This document shows positions 16,749-25,672 of a stretch of DNA of 64,000 nucleotides, one piece after another (position 1 is the first letter of the stretch; each line of letters starts with the position of its first letter). Source of the DNA: Candidatus Micrarchaeota archaeon (GTDB lineage Archaea > Micrarchaeota > Micrarchaeia > Anstonellales > Bilamarchaeaceae); contig CAZKHX010000002.1 in the NCBI GenBank assembly GCA_964552755.1, forward strand, positions 88,903-152,902. The letters are read 5' to 3'. The notes under the pieces were generated by a model. That model had not been told where the DNA came from and searched no databases. It saw only the letters and a list, made by a program, of their open reading frames with translations. A program made the position numbers and the translations under genes.

Positions 16749-17849
16749 ATGTACAAGCGAGACGAAATCGGACCGGAGTATGTGATAGAAGTATACGACC
16801 AGAATACCGGCATGAAGGGCATAACCGTGATAGACAACACTGCCCTCGGCCTAGGGAAAGGCGGGATACGCTTCGTCCCGGACATCACCACCGAAGAGGT
16901 GATGGGCCTTGCGCGCGCAATGACCTGGAAGAACGCCCTCGCGGGCCTTCCCTTCGGCGGCGCGAAGAGCGGCATAATGGGCGATCCCAAAAGCCCGCAC
17001 AAGGAGGCCTTTGTCCGCGCTTTCGCGCAAAAAATAAAGCAGTACATGCCAGGCCTATACATCGCGGGCCCGGACATGAACATGACCGAGGTTGAAATGG
17101 GCCAGATGGCGGAGGAGCTCGGCAACCCGGGGGTGGCCACGGGCAAGCCCGCCTCAATGGGCGGCCTCCCGCACGAGCTCGGCTCAACCGGCTACGGAGT
17201 CGCCCTCGCAACCAAAGTCGCAATCGAGCACCAGGGCAAGCCCCTCGAAGGCATGACTGTTGCAATCGAGGGCTTCGGCAACGTGGGCACCTTCACGATG
17301 AAGTTCCTGACCGAATGGGGCGCGAAGGTGGTTGCGGTTTCGGATTCCAAGGGCACGATTTACGACGAGGCCGGCCTCGACTATGAAGAGCTGTTCAAGA
17401 CAAAGCAGGAAAAGCGCACAGTCACCGCGCACGGCAAGGGCAAGGTGCTCGATGGCAAGGACCTGTTCACCCTGCCCGTAGACATCCTGGTGCCCGGCGC
17501 CCGCCCGGACGTAATCACAATGGGCAACGTGAACGGCGTGAAGGCAAAGTACGTTCCCGAAGCGGCCAACATCCCCATGACCTACGAGGTTGAGAAGGTG
17601 CTCATGGGCAAGGGCGTGCTCATAATCCCCGACTTCCTCGCGAACGCGGGCGGCGTAATCAGCTCCTACTGCGAGACCGAGGGCTGGGACGAGAAGAAGA
17701 TGTTCGAAGTGGTCACCGAGAAGATCACCCACAACACCAAGCTCATGATGGAGCGCCTCGGGGAGGACAACGACTCCCGCGCGGCCGCGATGGGCATTGC
17801 GCGCGAGCGCGTCGAAGAAGCGATGAGGGGGAAGGGCTGGAAGGGCTGA
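16749..17849 (+). CDS. Glu/Leu/Phe/Val dehydrogenase family enzyme (short, about 366 aa)
   Basis: GLGKGGIRF and PFGGAKSGI catalytic-Lys motifs, and a Rossmann GFGNVG. SD AGGTGA lies 7 nt upstream of the ATG. Confidence 0.85.
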   Translation: MYKRDEIGPEYVIEVYDQNTGMKGITVIDNTALGLGKGGIRFVPDITTEEVMGLARAMTWKNALAGLPFGGAKSGIMGDPKSPHKEAFVRAFAQKIKQYMPGLYIAGPDMNMTEVEMGQMAEELGNPGVATGKPASMGGLPHELGSTGYGVALATKVAIEHQGKPLEGMTVAIEGFGNVGTFTMKFLTEWGAKVVAVSDSKGTIYDEAGLDYEELFKTKQEKRTVTAHGKGKVLDGKDLFTLPVDILVPGARPDVITMGNVNGVKAKYVPEAANIPMTYEVEKVLMGKGVLIIPDFLANAGGVISSYCETEGWDEKKMFEVVTEKITHNTKLMMERLGEDNDSRAAAMGIARERVEEAMRGKGWKG

Positions 17850-17935
17850 CGCCTAACAAAAACCCTTACCTTTATATACTATATACACCCTTAGTAAATC
17901 CGAAAAGCGCATTCTATGCTTTAATTGGTGAAAAA

Positions 17936-19039
17936 ATGACCAAGGAACAGAAGAAAGAGGGCGCCAAGGTTGATGCAAATGCGATGCCGTACCTATTGCT
18001 GGTCGCCGGCTTCGTAATCGGCCTTATCGTCGCATATGCAGTGTTCCCGCCGGCCGCAGCGCCCGCGGGCGAGGGGGCGGAAGCGCCCGCCGGTGGCGAA
18101 GGGGCGCAGCAGCCTGCGTTCACGGTCAATGAGGCGAAAATCAGCGAGCTCGGGCAGGCAATTGCCGACTCGTACTACCTCCAGACCGGAACCGAGACCG
18201 CCGCCACGTTCGTCGGCTATGAGGACAATGGCTACTACGCAACCCTCAATTACGAAGTTGACGGAGAGGTAATGCCGATTTATGTCACATATGATTACCA
18301 GTACATGCTCGGCAGCATGATGGAGCTTGATGCGGTTATAGAGCAGATAAACGCCGCGAAAGCGCAGGCCGAGATGCAGCAGCAGGCGGCGGAAGTTGGC
18401 TACCCGCAAACCGAGAGCCCCACCGTAATGCTGTTCGTGATGAGCTACTGCCCCTACGGCAACCTTGCCGAGGACGCGATGGAGCCGGTCGTTGATGCGC
18501 TCGGCGACACCTTCACGGTGAAGCCAATCTACATAATCTACGACGAATCCATCAACCCAGGCTACAACGCGGAGAACACCGACTACTGCATCGCGGATGA
18601 GAATGAGACCTACTGCTCGATGCACGGCATGCCCGAGCTTGACCAAGGCGTGCGCGAGCTGGTCATCTACGACCTCTACGGCCAGGGCGCCTGGTCCGAC
18701 TACGTGAAGGCGGCGAACGCCCAGTGCGACCTCAGCACAATCGAGACCTGCTGGAAGGCCGTTGCGGAGGCCCAGAACCTCAGCGTTGAGGACATCCAAG
18801 CGGGCTTTGATGAGAGGCAGTTCGAAATTCTCGCGGAGCAGAAGGAACTCACCTTCACTTACCAGAAGTTCGGCTCCCCCAGCATCGTAATCAACGGCGT
18901 TGACTACTCCGGGCAGAGGACGGCCGAGACCTTCAGGGACGCAATCTGCGATGCGTACGTGGAAGAGCCGGATGGCTGCACCGTGGACCTTTCCGGTGCC
19001 ACCACGGCCACCACTACCACTGCCGGCTCCTGCGGCTGA
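17936..19039 (+). CDS. Membrane-anchored thioredoxin-fold (DsbA-like) protein
   Basis: N-terminal TM (PYLLLVAGFVIGLIVAYAVF), CPYG redox-type motif (FVMSYCPYGNLAE) and FGSPSIVINGV. A long T-rich tract follows the stop (19044-19078). Confidence 0.55.
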   Translation: MTKEQKKEGAKVDANAMPYLLLVAGFVIGLIVAYAVFPPAAAPAGEGAEAPAGGEGAQQPAFTVNEAKISELGQAIADSYYLQTGTETAATFVGYEDNGYYATLNYEVDGEVMPIYVTYDYQYMLGSMMELDAVIEQINAAKAQAEMQQQAAEVGYPQTESPTVMLFVMSYCPYGNLAEDAMEPVVDALGDTFTVKPIYIIYDESINPGYNAENTDYCIADENETYCSMHGMPELDQGVRELVIYDLYGQGAWSDYVKAANAQCDLSTIETCWKAVAEAQNLSVEDIQAGFDERQFEILAEQKELTFTYQKFGSPSIVINGVDYSGQRTAETFRDAICDAYVEEPDGCTVDLSGATTATTTTAGSCG

Positions 19040-19302
19040 GCCCTTCCTTTTCCTAATTTTCTTTTTGTTTCTTTTTCCCCAGCCCCAAGCATATTTAAGC
19101 ATTTCTGCACACTTCCCTCCTCATGCACAACCGCAGGCTACAGATTGCAGCTGGCTCCAGGGCTACGCAGCCCCACCGCCGCCCCGGGGGCAAGCCCCAT
19201 GGTAGGGAGGATTCCGAAAGGGGTGCCAGGTGGCTCCGTGCTTTTGCCGCGCCACCATTCATCCCTGCGACGCTGGTTAAGTCAGTGGACCTCAAGAAGG
19301 AG

Positions 19303-19755
19303 ATGCAGAAGCCCGCGAAGCGCAAATCATACTCAAAGGGGGAATCTTCATTATCTGCAGGGGAAAACGAAGGCATTGCAGCGGAATGCGGGCGGGAAAG
19401 TGCACGCGCCCCAGGCCATGACCCGTCAACCCTCATCGCCGCGCTCGGCTTGGCGTATTTCGCCTCCCATGCCATGGCCAAGTTTGTTTCAGACAAATTC
19501 GATGAATCGAAGGGGATGCGCGCAGGGATGCTTGCCGCCCCGCTGGTTGCGGCTCCGCTCCTGCTCCCCGAAGATGCACAGGCAGGGCCAAAGGACGTGC
19601 AGGGATATGCCGCAAAGGCGGAGCAGTTGCCAAAGCTCGACATGGATGATGCGCCCCTGGCAGCCGCTGCCACTGCATTCATCATAGTATCAATAGTCCT
19701 CCTCGCGAAGGAAGGCAGCCCGAAGCTCGGGCGCGGAAGCAGGGACAAGTTCTGA
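19303..19755 (+). CDS. Hypothetical small membrane protein
   Basis: ATG preceded by AAGGAG. It has three hydrophobic segments (LIAALGLAYFASHAMA, MLAAPLVAAPLLL, AATAFIIVSIVLLA) and is followed by a hairpin plus T-tract. Competing ORFs in other frames look like GC-shadow ORFs. Confidence 0.4.
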   Translation: MQKPAKRKSYSKGESSLSAGENEGIAAECGRESARAPGHDPSTLIAALGLAYFASHAMAKFVSDKFDESKGMRAGMLAAPLVAAPLLLPEDAQAGPKDVQGYAAKAEQLPKLDMDDAPLAAAATAFIIVSIVLLAKEGSPKLGRGSRDKF

Positions 19756-19790
19756 AGGTGCGCACATTAGGGACTAGGCAAGGCAGGCAA

Positions 19791-19817
19791 GGCGGAAATC
19801 CGCCTGATTTTTATTTT
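19791..19817 (+). terminator. Hairpin + T-tract terminator candidate
   Basis: GGCGG (19791-19795) AAAT CCGCC (19800-19804) followed by TGATTTTTATTTT. Confidence 0.45.
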
Positions 19818-19843
19818 CTTCTCCCCCAATTCCCCCAATAACG

Positions 19844-21373
19844 GTGATAAAAATAGAAACATATTACATCACTACTGCAATCCCTTACGTCAATGCGGCG
19901 CCGCACATAGGCCACGCGCTGGAGTTCGTGCAGACCGACGCGCTCGCCCGCTACCAGCGCCTCTTGGGAAAGGACGTCGCATTGGTAACCGGCTCAGATG
20001 AAAACAGCCTCAAGAACGTGCACGCAGCTGAAAAGCTCGGCATCACCACCGCAGAGCTCTGCAAAAACAATGCCGCGGCATTCAGGAAGCTCGCGGACGA
20101 AATCGGCCTCTCCTACACCTCCTTCCAGTACACTTCCGACAAGGAAAAGCACTCCCCGGGCGTGCACCGCTTCTGGGAGCTGTGCAACAGGTCCGGGGAC
20201 ATCTACAAGAAGAAATACCGCGGCCTCTACTGCGTGGGCTGCGAGTCCTTCTACGAAGAGAGCGAGCTCCCCGAAGGCGTATGCCCCGAGCACAAGACAA
20301 AGCCCGAAATAGTTGAGGAGGAAAACTACTTCTTCAAGCTCTCAAAATACGCAAAAAAATTGGAAGAACTAATAGAGAGCGACGAGCTACTCATTCTCCC
20401 GGAATCAAGAAAAAACGAGATGCTCAGCTTCATCAGGGGCGGCCTGAACGACTTCAGCATCTCCCGCTCAGTGGAGCGGGCAAAGGGCTGGGGCATCCCG
20501 GTCCCGGGGGACCCGTCCCAGATAATGTACGTGTGGTTCGATGCGCTGGACACTTACCTTACCGGAATCGGCTACGGCACAAACGAAGAAGAGTTCAGCA
20601 AATACTGGCCTGCAAACGTGCACGTAATCGGGAAAGGAATATTGCGCTTCCACGCAATCTATTGGCCCGCAATGCTCCTCTCAGCAGGCCTCAAGCTCCC
20701 AAAGACGATATTCGTCCATGGCTACATTACGGTGGAAGGCCAGAAGATGAGCAAGTCCCTGGGCAACATAGTGGACCCGCTCAAGCTCATTGAAAAGTAC
20801 GGCGCGGATGAGGTGCGCTACTGCCTGCTCAGCGAAGCCCCGACTTTCGATGACGGCGACTTCTCCGAAAAGGCCCTCATAGAAAAGAACAACAACGAGC
20901 TCCTTGCAAACCTCGGCAACCTCGTGAACAGGGCAATGGTCTTCACGGGCAAGAATTTTGGGGGGAAAGTCCCGGAGCAGGGCGCCCCTACGGAAGAAGA
21001 CAAGAAATTCCTTGAAGGGCAGGGGGAAACAATCTCAAAAATCAAATCAAAATCGGACGCCCTTGAGATAAGGGACGCCCTGCAGTTCACAATGGCATTT
21101 GCAAAGAACGCAAACAAGTATTTCCAGGACACCGCCCCGTGGGTGCTCATAAAAGAGGACAAGGCGCGCGCAGGCACGGTGCTCAGCACAATCCTCTCCC
21201 AGGCAAAAGACCTCAGCATACTTATCGAGCCATACCTCCCAAGCAAGAGCGAAGGCATTTCCCGGCAGCTAAACCTCAATTTGGAAGAAAGGAAATGGGA
21301 AAACCTCGGGAAGCCGCTCCCCGCGGGTCACCAGCTCGGTGAGCCGAAGGTGCTTTTCAAAAAGCTTGAATAG
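19844..21373 (+). CDS. metG: Methionyl-tRNA synthetase
   Basis: Class I motifs [10 protein letters not shown] (HIGH) and [10 protein letters not shown] (KMSKS), and a CVGCES...CPEH knuckle. GTG start. Confidence 0.93.
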   Translation: MIKIETYYITTAIPYVNAAPHIGHALEFVQTDALARYQRLLGKDVALVTGSDENSLKNVHAAEKLGITTAELCKNNAAAFRKLADEIGLSYTSFQYTSDKEKHSPGVHRFWELCNRSGDIYKKKYRGLYCVGCESFYEESELPEGVCPEHKTKPEIVEEENYFFKLSKYAKKLEELIESDELLILPESRKNEMLSFIRGGLNDFSISRSVERAKGWGIPVPGDPSQIMYVWFDALDTYLTGIGYGTNEEEFSKYWPANVHVIGKGILRFHAIYWPAMLLSAGLKLPKTIFVHGYITVEGQKMSKSLGNIVDPLKLIEKYGADEVRYCLLSEAPTFDDGDFSEKALIEKNNNELLANLGNLVNRAMVFTGKNFGGKVPEQGAPTEEDKKFLEGQGETISKIKSKSDALEIRDALQFTMAFAKNANKYFQDTAPWVLIKEDKARAGTVLSTILSQAKDLSILIEPYLPSKSEGISRQLNLNLEERKWENLGKPLPAGHQLGEPKVLFKKLE

Positions 21374-21486
21374 GAAAAAAAGGGGGGGTTGGCCGGGGAG
21401 CCCGCGCAATGCAGGCCGCCCCGGCCGGAGGGAGCGTAAATCAGGTTCTAAGCGCTGAACAACATCAAAAACTTCAGAATTTTCCC

Positions 21487-21870
21487 CTACTTCACCAGCA
21501 CTCCGTTAACAGAGCCATCCTGCCCAACGCGGTTGGTCACGCGGACCTTGCCCGCCTCGGTGTTCAGGATTGCGCCCTTGGTGATTATGTTCTGCCTCGC
21601 GTAGTGGGGGTTGTGCGATTCCACAACTCCTATGATTTTCACTTTCTTCGCCTTGCCTTCCGCCATGACGTTCACGTAGGCCGCTTTCTTGAGCTTCTCG
21701 CGGACCTTTCCGCCGCGGCCCCTCTTCTTCACACGGACATCCTTGTCCGCGACCTTGGTGGCAGTAAAGGTGCCGCCCATGTGCGCGAGCTTCTTGTCCC
21801 TGCCCTTGCGCCTGCGGCCCCCGGTTCCCGAGGATACCTTTTTCTTTCTCGGTTCGTGATACTGATCCAT
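21487..21870 (-). CDS. rps8e: 30S ribosomal protein S8e
   Basis: MDQYHEPRKKKVSSGTGGRRRKGRDKKLAHMGG... is a typical S8e N-terminus. Start set at ATG 21870. Confidence 0.85.
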   Translation of the reverse strand: MDQYHEPRKKKVSSGTGGRRRKGRDKKLAHMGGTFTATKVADKDVRVKKRGRGGKVREKLKKAAYVNVMAEGKAKKVKIIGVVESHNPHYARQNIITKGAILNTEAGKVRVTNRVGQDGSVNGVLVK

Positions 21871-21926
21871 AATTTTCACCGCAAAAAACGGTAAAGGTTT
21901 TATTCCTAACATAGTTTTATAATGCT

Positions 21927-22319
21927 ATGCTCGCCTTCCCCGCATCTTCGGCCCTCCCGCTGAAAGAGGCGCTCGAAAAGCTTGGAAAGAAGCCCGTGCT
22001 GCTGCTTGACGCGTCCAAAGTGCGCTCTGAAGAGGAGCTTCTGCTCGCAGCCCGCCTCGCCAAAAAGTCAACCGAAGAAAAGCGCGCAATTTCCAGGTCC
22101 CGCACGGTAGAGTTCCTGCTATGGCTCTCAGGCAAAACGGACATACGGAGCGCCTTCTCCTCATTCGGCGCAAAAAGCCCGAAGCACATGCTCGTTGTCT
22201 CTTTCGGCCCAGGCAAAAAAGAGCTGGTTTCCCTGCTCCGGCTGAAGCCGGGGAAAAAGAAGCTCAAAAAAGATGCGGTCATGGAAAGAATAGAGGAAAT
22301 ATCGCTTTCCCGGGCCTAG
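21927..22319 (+). CDS. Cgi121-like KEOPS subunit (tentative)
   Basis: 130 aa. The pattern LLLDASKVRSEEELLLAARLA...RTVEFLLWLSGKTDIRSAF resembles archaeal Cgi121. Recognised by eye only. Confidence 0.4.
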   Translation: MLAFPASSALPLKEALEKLGKKPVLLLDASKVRSEEELLLAARLAKKSTEEKRAISRSRTVEFLLWLSGKTDIRSAFSSFGAKSPKHMLVVSFGPGKKELVSLLRLKPGKKKLKKDAVMERIEEISLSRA

Positions 22320-23827
22320 GGCTCTTCCTTTTTTTTCTTCTCCACGCCAAGGCGCTGATACAGGATATCCGCATCAATTGGCAGGTCAATCCCGAGCAGC
22401 TTGTGTATGAACATGAACATCTCCACGACCTTTTCATTGTCCATGGAGGTGAGCTCGGCCATCTGCTTAAGGTTCAGCTCCTTCCCTATGAGCTGGTACA
22501 GCATCACCCCGTCGCGCCCGTACTTCTTGTAGACCGAATACCCGTCCTCCCCGTATTTTGCGCGTATCTGGTCCCTGCTCATGGGCTTCAGCTCAACCGC
22601 CTGCACTTTCTTCAGCAGGTCAATCAGGGTGTATACAAAATACAGGGGCACACCGGATTTGTAGGCAATGTCGACAACGTCGTTCTTCCCGTCCATCAGC
22701 TCGTACGCCTCGACGCCCTTCTTGCCCAGCTTCACCATTATCTTTGCCTTGAGCTGTATTTCCGAAAAGATGTTTGCCTTGACTTTTGAAGGCACGTCCA
22801 CGCCATGGCCCTCAAGCTTGGAAATGGGCTGCTCCAGCTTCGACTCCTCTTCCACGAGCGGTGCGAACAGCGACCTTTTCTCCTCGGTAACCGCGCCCCT
22901 CTTCTTCTCCGGGTGCTCAAGGCGGATGATGCCCTCCTTCTCCATGAAGTCCAGCATCTCTATGAGTTCGCTCTCGGTGATTCCAGTCTCCTCCATTATC
23001 TCTTCCGCGGTGCGCTGCCCGTCAATAAGGTTGTAGACCTTTATCCCGACGTTCCCATACTTCTTCTGTATCATCAGCTCTGAAGGCGTGAGCTCCCCGC
23101 TTTCCTCCTCTTCCTCAGGCTCTTCCTCTTCCACTTCCTCGGGAACCTCCTCCTCTTCCTCCTCAACCGAAACTTCTTCCGGCTCCCCTTCCTCAGGCGC
23201 CTCTTTTTCTGCAGCTTCTTCAGCGGGCCCCTCTTCCTTTGGCGCCTCCTCCCCAGCCGGCTCTTCTTCTTCCGGAGCTTCTTCGGCCTCCTCCGCGGCA
23301 GGCGCCTCCTCTTCCCCAGGCTTCTCTTCCTCGGGCTCCTCCTCCGGCTTCTTCCTGCCAAGTTCCTGCCCCTCCTCGCCTATGGGCACTATCAGCCCCT
23401 TCCTCTTCGGCTTTTTCGGGGCTTCCGGAATCTCTTCGGGCCCGGGCGCCTCCTCCTCAGGAGCCTCTTCTTCCTCCGGCTTCTCCTCAAGCGGCTCTTC
23501 CGCAGGCTCCCCCTCTTCCTCGGGGGGCCTGGGGGCCGGGAGCCTCCCCTTCGCTTCCGGAGCCTTGGGGGGCGCAGCCTTCTCATCACCCTCGTACTCC
23601 GCCATGCCGCCGTCGCGCATGAAATCCAGTATCTCGTTGATTCGCGCCTTCGCAAGCCCGGTCTTCTCCGCAATCGCAGAAACAGTAGTGCCTTTCTTGA
23701 AAACCGCCTTGTAAACCCTGAGCCCGTCCTTCCCGAATTTCTTCAGCATGCGGTTCTGGTTCTTGAACTTCTGCAAAGAGCCTTCTTCCATTTTTTTTAC
23801 CGTTTTTTCCGAATTGCCGCCTGCCAT
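22316..23827 (-). CDS. Acidic protein with four winged-helix-like repeats separated by a long E/P-rich disordered linker
   Basis: Four similar roughly 45-aa modules: VYKAVFKKGTTVSAIAEKTGLAKARINEILDFMRDGGMAEY; VYNLIDGQRTAEEIMEETGITESELIEMLDFMEKEGIIRL; AYELMDGKNDVVDIAYKSGVPLYFVYTLIDLLKKVQAVEL; LYQLIGKELNLKQMAELTSMDNEKVVEMFMFIHKLLGIDL. The linker is about 170 aa of E/P/A/K. Start set at ATG 23827 (the track start is a GTG). Confidence 0.6.
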   Translation of the reverse strand: MAGGNSEKTVKKMEEGSLQKFKNQNRMLKKFGKDGLRVYKAVFKKGTTVSAIAEKTGLAKARINEILDFMRDGGMAEYEGDEKAAPPKAPEAKGRLPAPRPPEEEGEPAEEPLEEKPEEEEAPEEEAPGPEEIPEAPKKPKRKGLIVPIGEEGQELGRKKPEEEPEEEKPGEEEAPAAEEAEEAPEEEEPAGEEAPKEEGPAEEAAEKEAPEEGEPEEVSVEEEEEEVPEEVEEEEPEEEEESGELTPSELMIQKKYGNVGIKVYNLIDGQRTAEEIMEETGITESELIEMLDFMEKEGIIRLEHPEKKRGAVTEEKRSLFAPLVEEESKLEQPISKLEGHGVDVPSKVKANIFSEIQLKAKIMVKLGKKGVEAYELMDGKNDVVDIAYKSGVPLYFVYTLIDLLKKVQAVELKPMSRDQIRAKYGEDGYSVYKKYGRDGVMLYQLIGKELNLKQMAELTSMDNEKVVEMFMFIHKLLGIDLPIDADILYQRLGVEKKKKEEP

Positions 23828-23899
23828 TAGCTCCCCGCCGTGTCTTCTCACTTATTCTTTTCCAAAATCTTTATTAAGCATACCTTTAACATATACGCC

Positions 23900-25654
23900 A
23901 TGGAGTTCGATGAGCTGCTCATCAGTACAGGAGTGGATGCGCTAATTCGCCTTCTGAAGGAAAAGAAGCGCATCGAAATCGGGATGGCGTCGAAACTCCT
24001 CAACATCCCGCAGGGAACGCTCGAGGACTGGGTATCCGTCCTGGAAGACCAGGGCATCATAAAAGTTGAATACCGGCTCACCGATGTCTACCTTGTCTGG
24101 GCCGCGGCAACCCCCGAAGAGATAAAGGAGGAGAAAAAGCAGTTCAAGGCAAAGAAGGAGGTTGTCGAAAAGGAGCTCAAGCTCCTCGACAGGACGCAGA
24201 AGGTGGGGAAGGAGGAGCTCGACAAGCAGGCCGAGGCGGTCACCCGCCTGTACGCCCATTTTGAGGACTCGTTCAAGAAGCTGGAAATCCTTTCCGAGCA
24301 GCTCAGGAACATACAGGAAATGCGTGCGGACATCGCGCAGAGCTCCCTGAAAAAAATCTCCGACACCACTGAAAAGGTGAAGGACATCAACGACTCGGTC
24401 ACCCTGCTCGAGGCCGAGCTCGGCGAATACCGGAAGATGTTCGGGAAGACCGACGTCCTGGAGAAGATGGAAAACGTTTCCGAGATGAAGGGCCGCGTTG
24501 ACGCCCTCGACAAAAAAGTGAAGGAAGTGCTGAAAAAGGCGGAGCCGGTGCTAAAGGGGGGCAAGGCGAAGCCGGGCGTGGAAGTGGGCTCGCTATCCAA
24601 GGATTTCGAAAAGCTCGCGGGCGAATTCACGAAAATGAAGGCGGAGTCCGCCGCCCTCAAGGCAACCATTGGCGATTTCAAGAAGAACGCGGAGGTGCTC
24701 GCTACCGCGCAGGACCTCGTGACCGAAGTGAACAGGCGCGCGACGACCCTGCGCACAAAGGTGGACTCCGCATACTCGAAGCTCCAGTCCCTGAAGGCCG
24801 AAATCCCGGACATGGAGAAGCACCTCCAGGACGACATGGAGCTGATGGAGCATTACGAGGACGCGATATCGGTCGCAAAGGAAATCTCGGACAAGATACC
24901 CACAACCGCGGAGCTGGAGTCCAAGCTTTCCGAAATAGAAAAGTCCGAGCGCATGCTTGATTCCGACTTCAGGAAATTCGAGGCCGCGATTTCCGGGGTT
25001 TCGGGCAGCACGCTGGAGCTCGGCGACCTCATCTCGGAGCTCTCCACGCTCAAGGAAGAGGTTGACGACCTCAGGAAGCAGATGAGCGAGAGCGCGGGCG
25101 AGATATTCGACACGCTTGAGGAGGAAAAGGCAACATACACCACGTTCCAGAAGATAAAGGCAAAATCCAAGCTGTCCCTGGATGGCTACCTGTCCCAGCT
25201 TGAGAAGATAAAGGGCGAGATACGCTCCCTGCTGGACAGGCTTTCCGCACTGGAGGCGGAAACAACGCAGAAGATAGACTCCCTCTCCAGGGAGCTGGAG
25301 AGCGACAGCACTAAGAAGGCAATCGTGCTGCTCGAGGAGCTCATGCGCAAGCGCGACGAGCTGAAGCGGATACGCGAGATAATCGGCGACCTCAACGCCC
25401 GCGCCACGCGCGTGCAGAAGAACATACGGCTGCTCTCCCGAGAGGCGGAGCTCATACACCTGCGCGAGCCAGAGGGCCCCCCCCCGGGTGCGGCGCCCGC
25501 AGCCCCCGCGGAGAAGGGCGGGCTTCCGGAAGGCGTCCCCGTCCCCGAGGGCAGGGCAAGCAGGGTAAAACTCACGTCAACAGAGCAAAAGGACTTCGAG
25601 AGAAAGAGGGCGGAGCTGAAGGATTTGATTAAAAAGTTATGGGATATAGAATAG
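23900..25654 (+). CDS. Winged-helix + long coiled-coil protein (first gene of the pilus-like operon)
   Basis: The N-terminus, GVDALIRLLKEKKRIEIGMASKLLNIPQGTLEDWVSVLEDQGIIKVEY, resembles the wH repeats of the divergent gene. It is followed by about 480 aa of heptad-rich K/E/L sequence. ATG 23900 lies downstream of AT-rich TATA-like elements. Confidence 0.6.
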   Translation: MEFDELLISTGVDALIRLLKEKKRIEIGMASKLLNIPQGTLEDWVSVLEDQGIIKVEYRLTDVYLVWAAATPEEIKEEKKQFKAKKEVVEKELKLLDRTQKVGKEELDKQAEAVTRLYAHFEDSFKKLEILSEQLRNIQEMRADIAQSSLKKISDTTEKVKDINDSVTLLEAELGEYRKMFGKTDVLEKMENVSEMKGRVDALDKKVKEVLKKAEPVLKGGKAKPGVEVGSLSKDFEKLAGEFTKMKAESAALKATIGDFKKNAEVLATAQDLVTEVNRRATTLRTKVDSAYSKLQSLKAEIPDMEKHLQDDMELMEHYEDAISVAKEISDKIPTTAELESKLSEIEKSERMLDSDFRKFEAAISGVSGSTLELGDLISELSTLKEEVDDLRKQMSESAGEIFDTLEEEKATYTTFQKIKAKSKLSLDGYLSQLEKIKGEIRSLLDRLSALEAETTQKIDSLSRELESDSTKKAIVLLEELMRKRDELKRIREIIGDLNARATRVQKNIRLLSREAELIHLREPEGPPPGAAPAAPAEKGGLPEGVPVPEGRASRVKLTSTEQKDFERKRAELKDLIKKLWDIE

Positions 25655-25672
25655 AATGGGTCTGGTGAGCTG

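Noticed and set aside
17993-19102. 369-aa minus-strand ORF
   Set aside because: It is antisense to the thioredoxin-fold gene, has an R/G/L/V-rich composition and contains no motifs.
19095-19748. 217-aa minus-strand ORF and the 180-aa plus-strand ORF (19145..19687) overlapping the small membrane-protein gene
   Set aside because: They are S/A/R/P-rich with no hydrophobic or motif structure. The chosen frame has an SD, TM segments and a terminator. The assignment remains low confidence.
21391-21426. GGCCGGGG...CCCCGGCC inverted repeat between the convergent metG and rps8e genes
   Set aside because: It has a large 20-nt loop, and a flanking T-tract only on the minus-strand (rps8e) side, complementary to the A7 run at 21375-21381. 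It may be a weak terminator for that strand, but the evidence is too thin to list as a feature.
22900-23600. Repetitive GAAGAGGAGG/CCTCTTCC DNA that might suggest a tandem repeat or CRISPR-like array
   Set aside because: The units are irregular, there is no repeat-spacer periodicity, and the sequence is fully explained as E/P-rich coding low complexity. The same holds for 27560-27960.
23088-23714. 208-aa Ser-rich plus-strand ORF, and the 27463..28473 minus-strand Ser-rich ORF
   Set aside because: They are reverse complements of GAA/GAG-rich (Glu) coding low complexity, so the poly-Ser frames are artefacts of the opposite strand.
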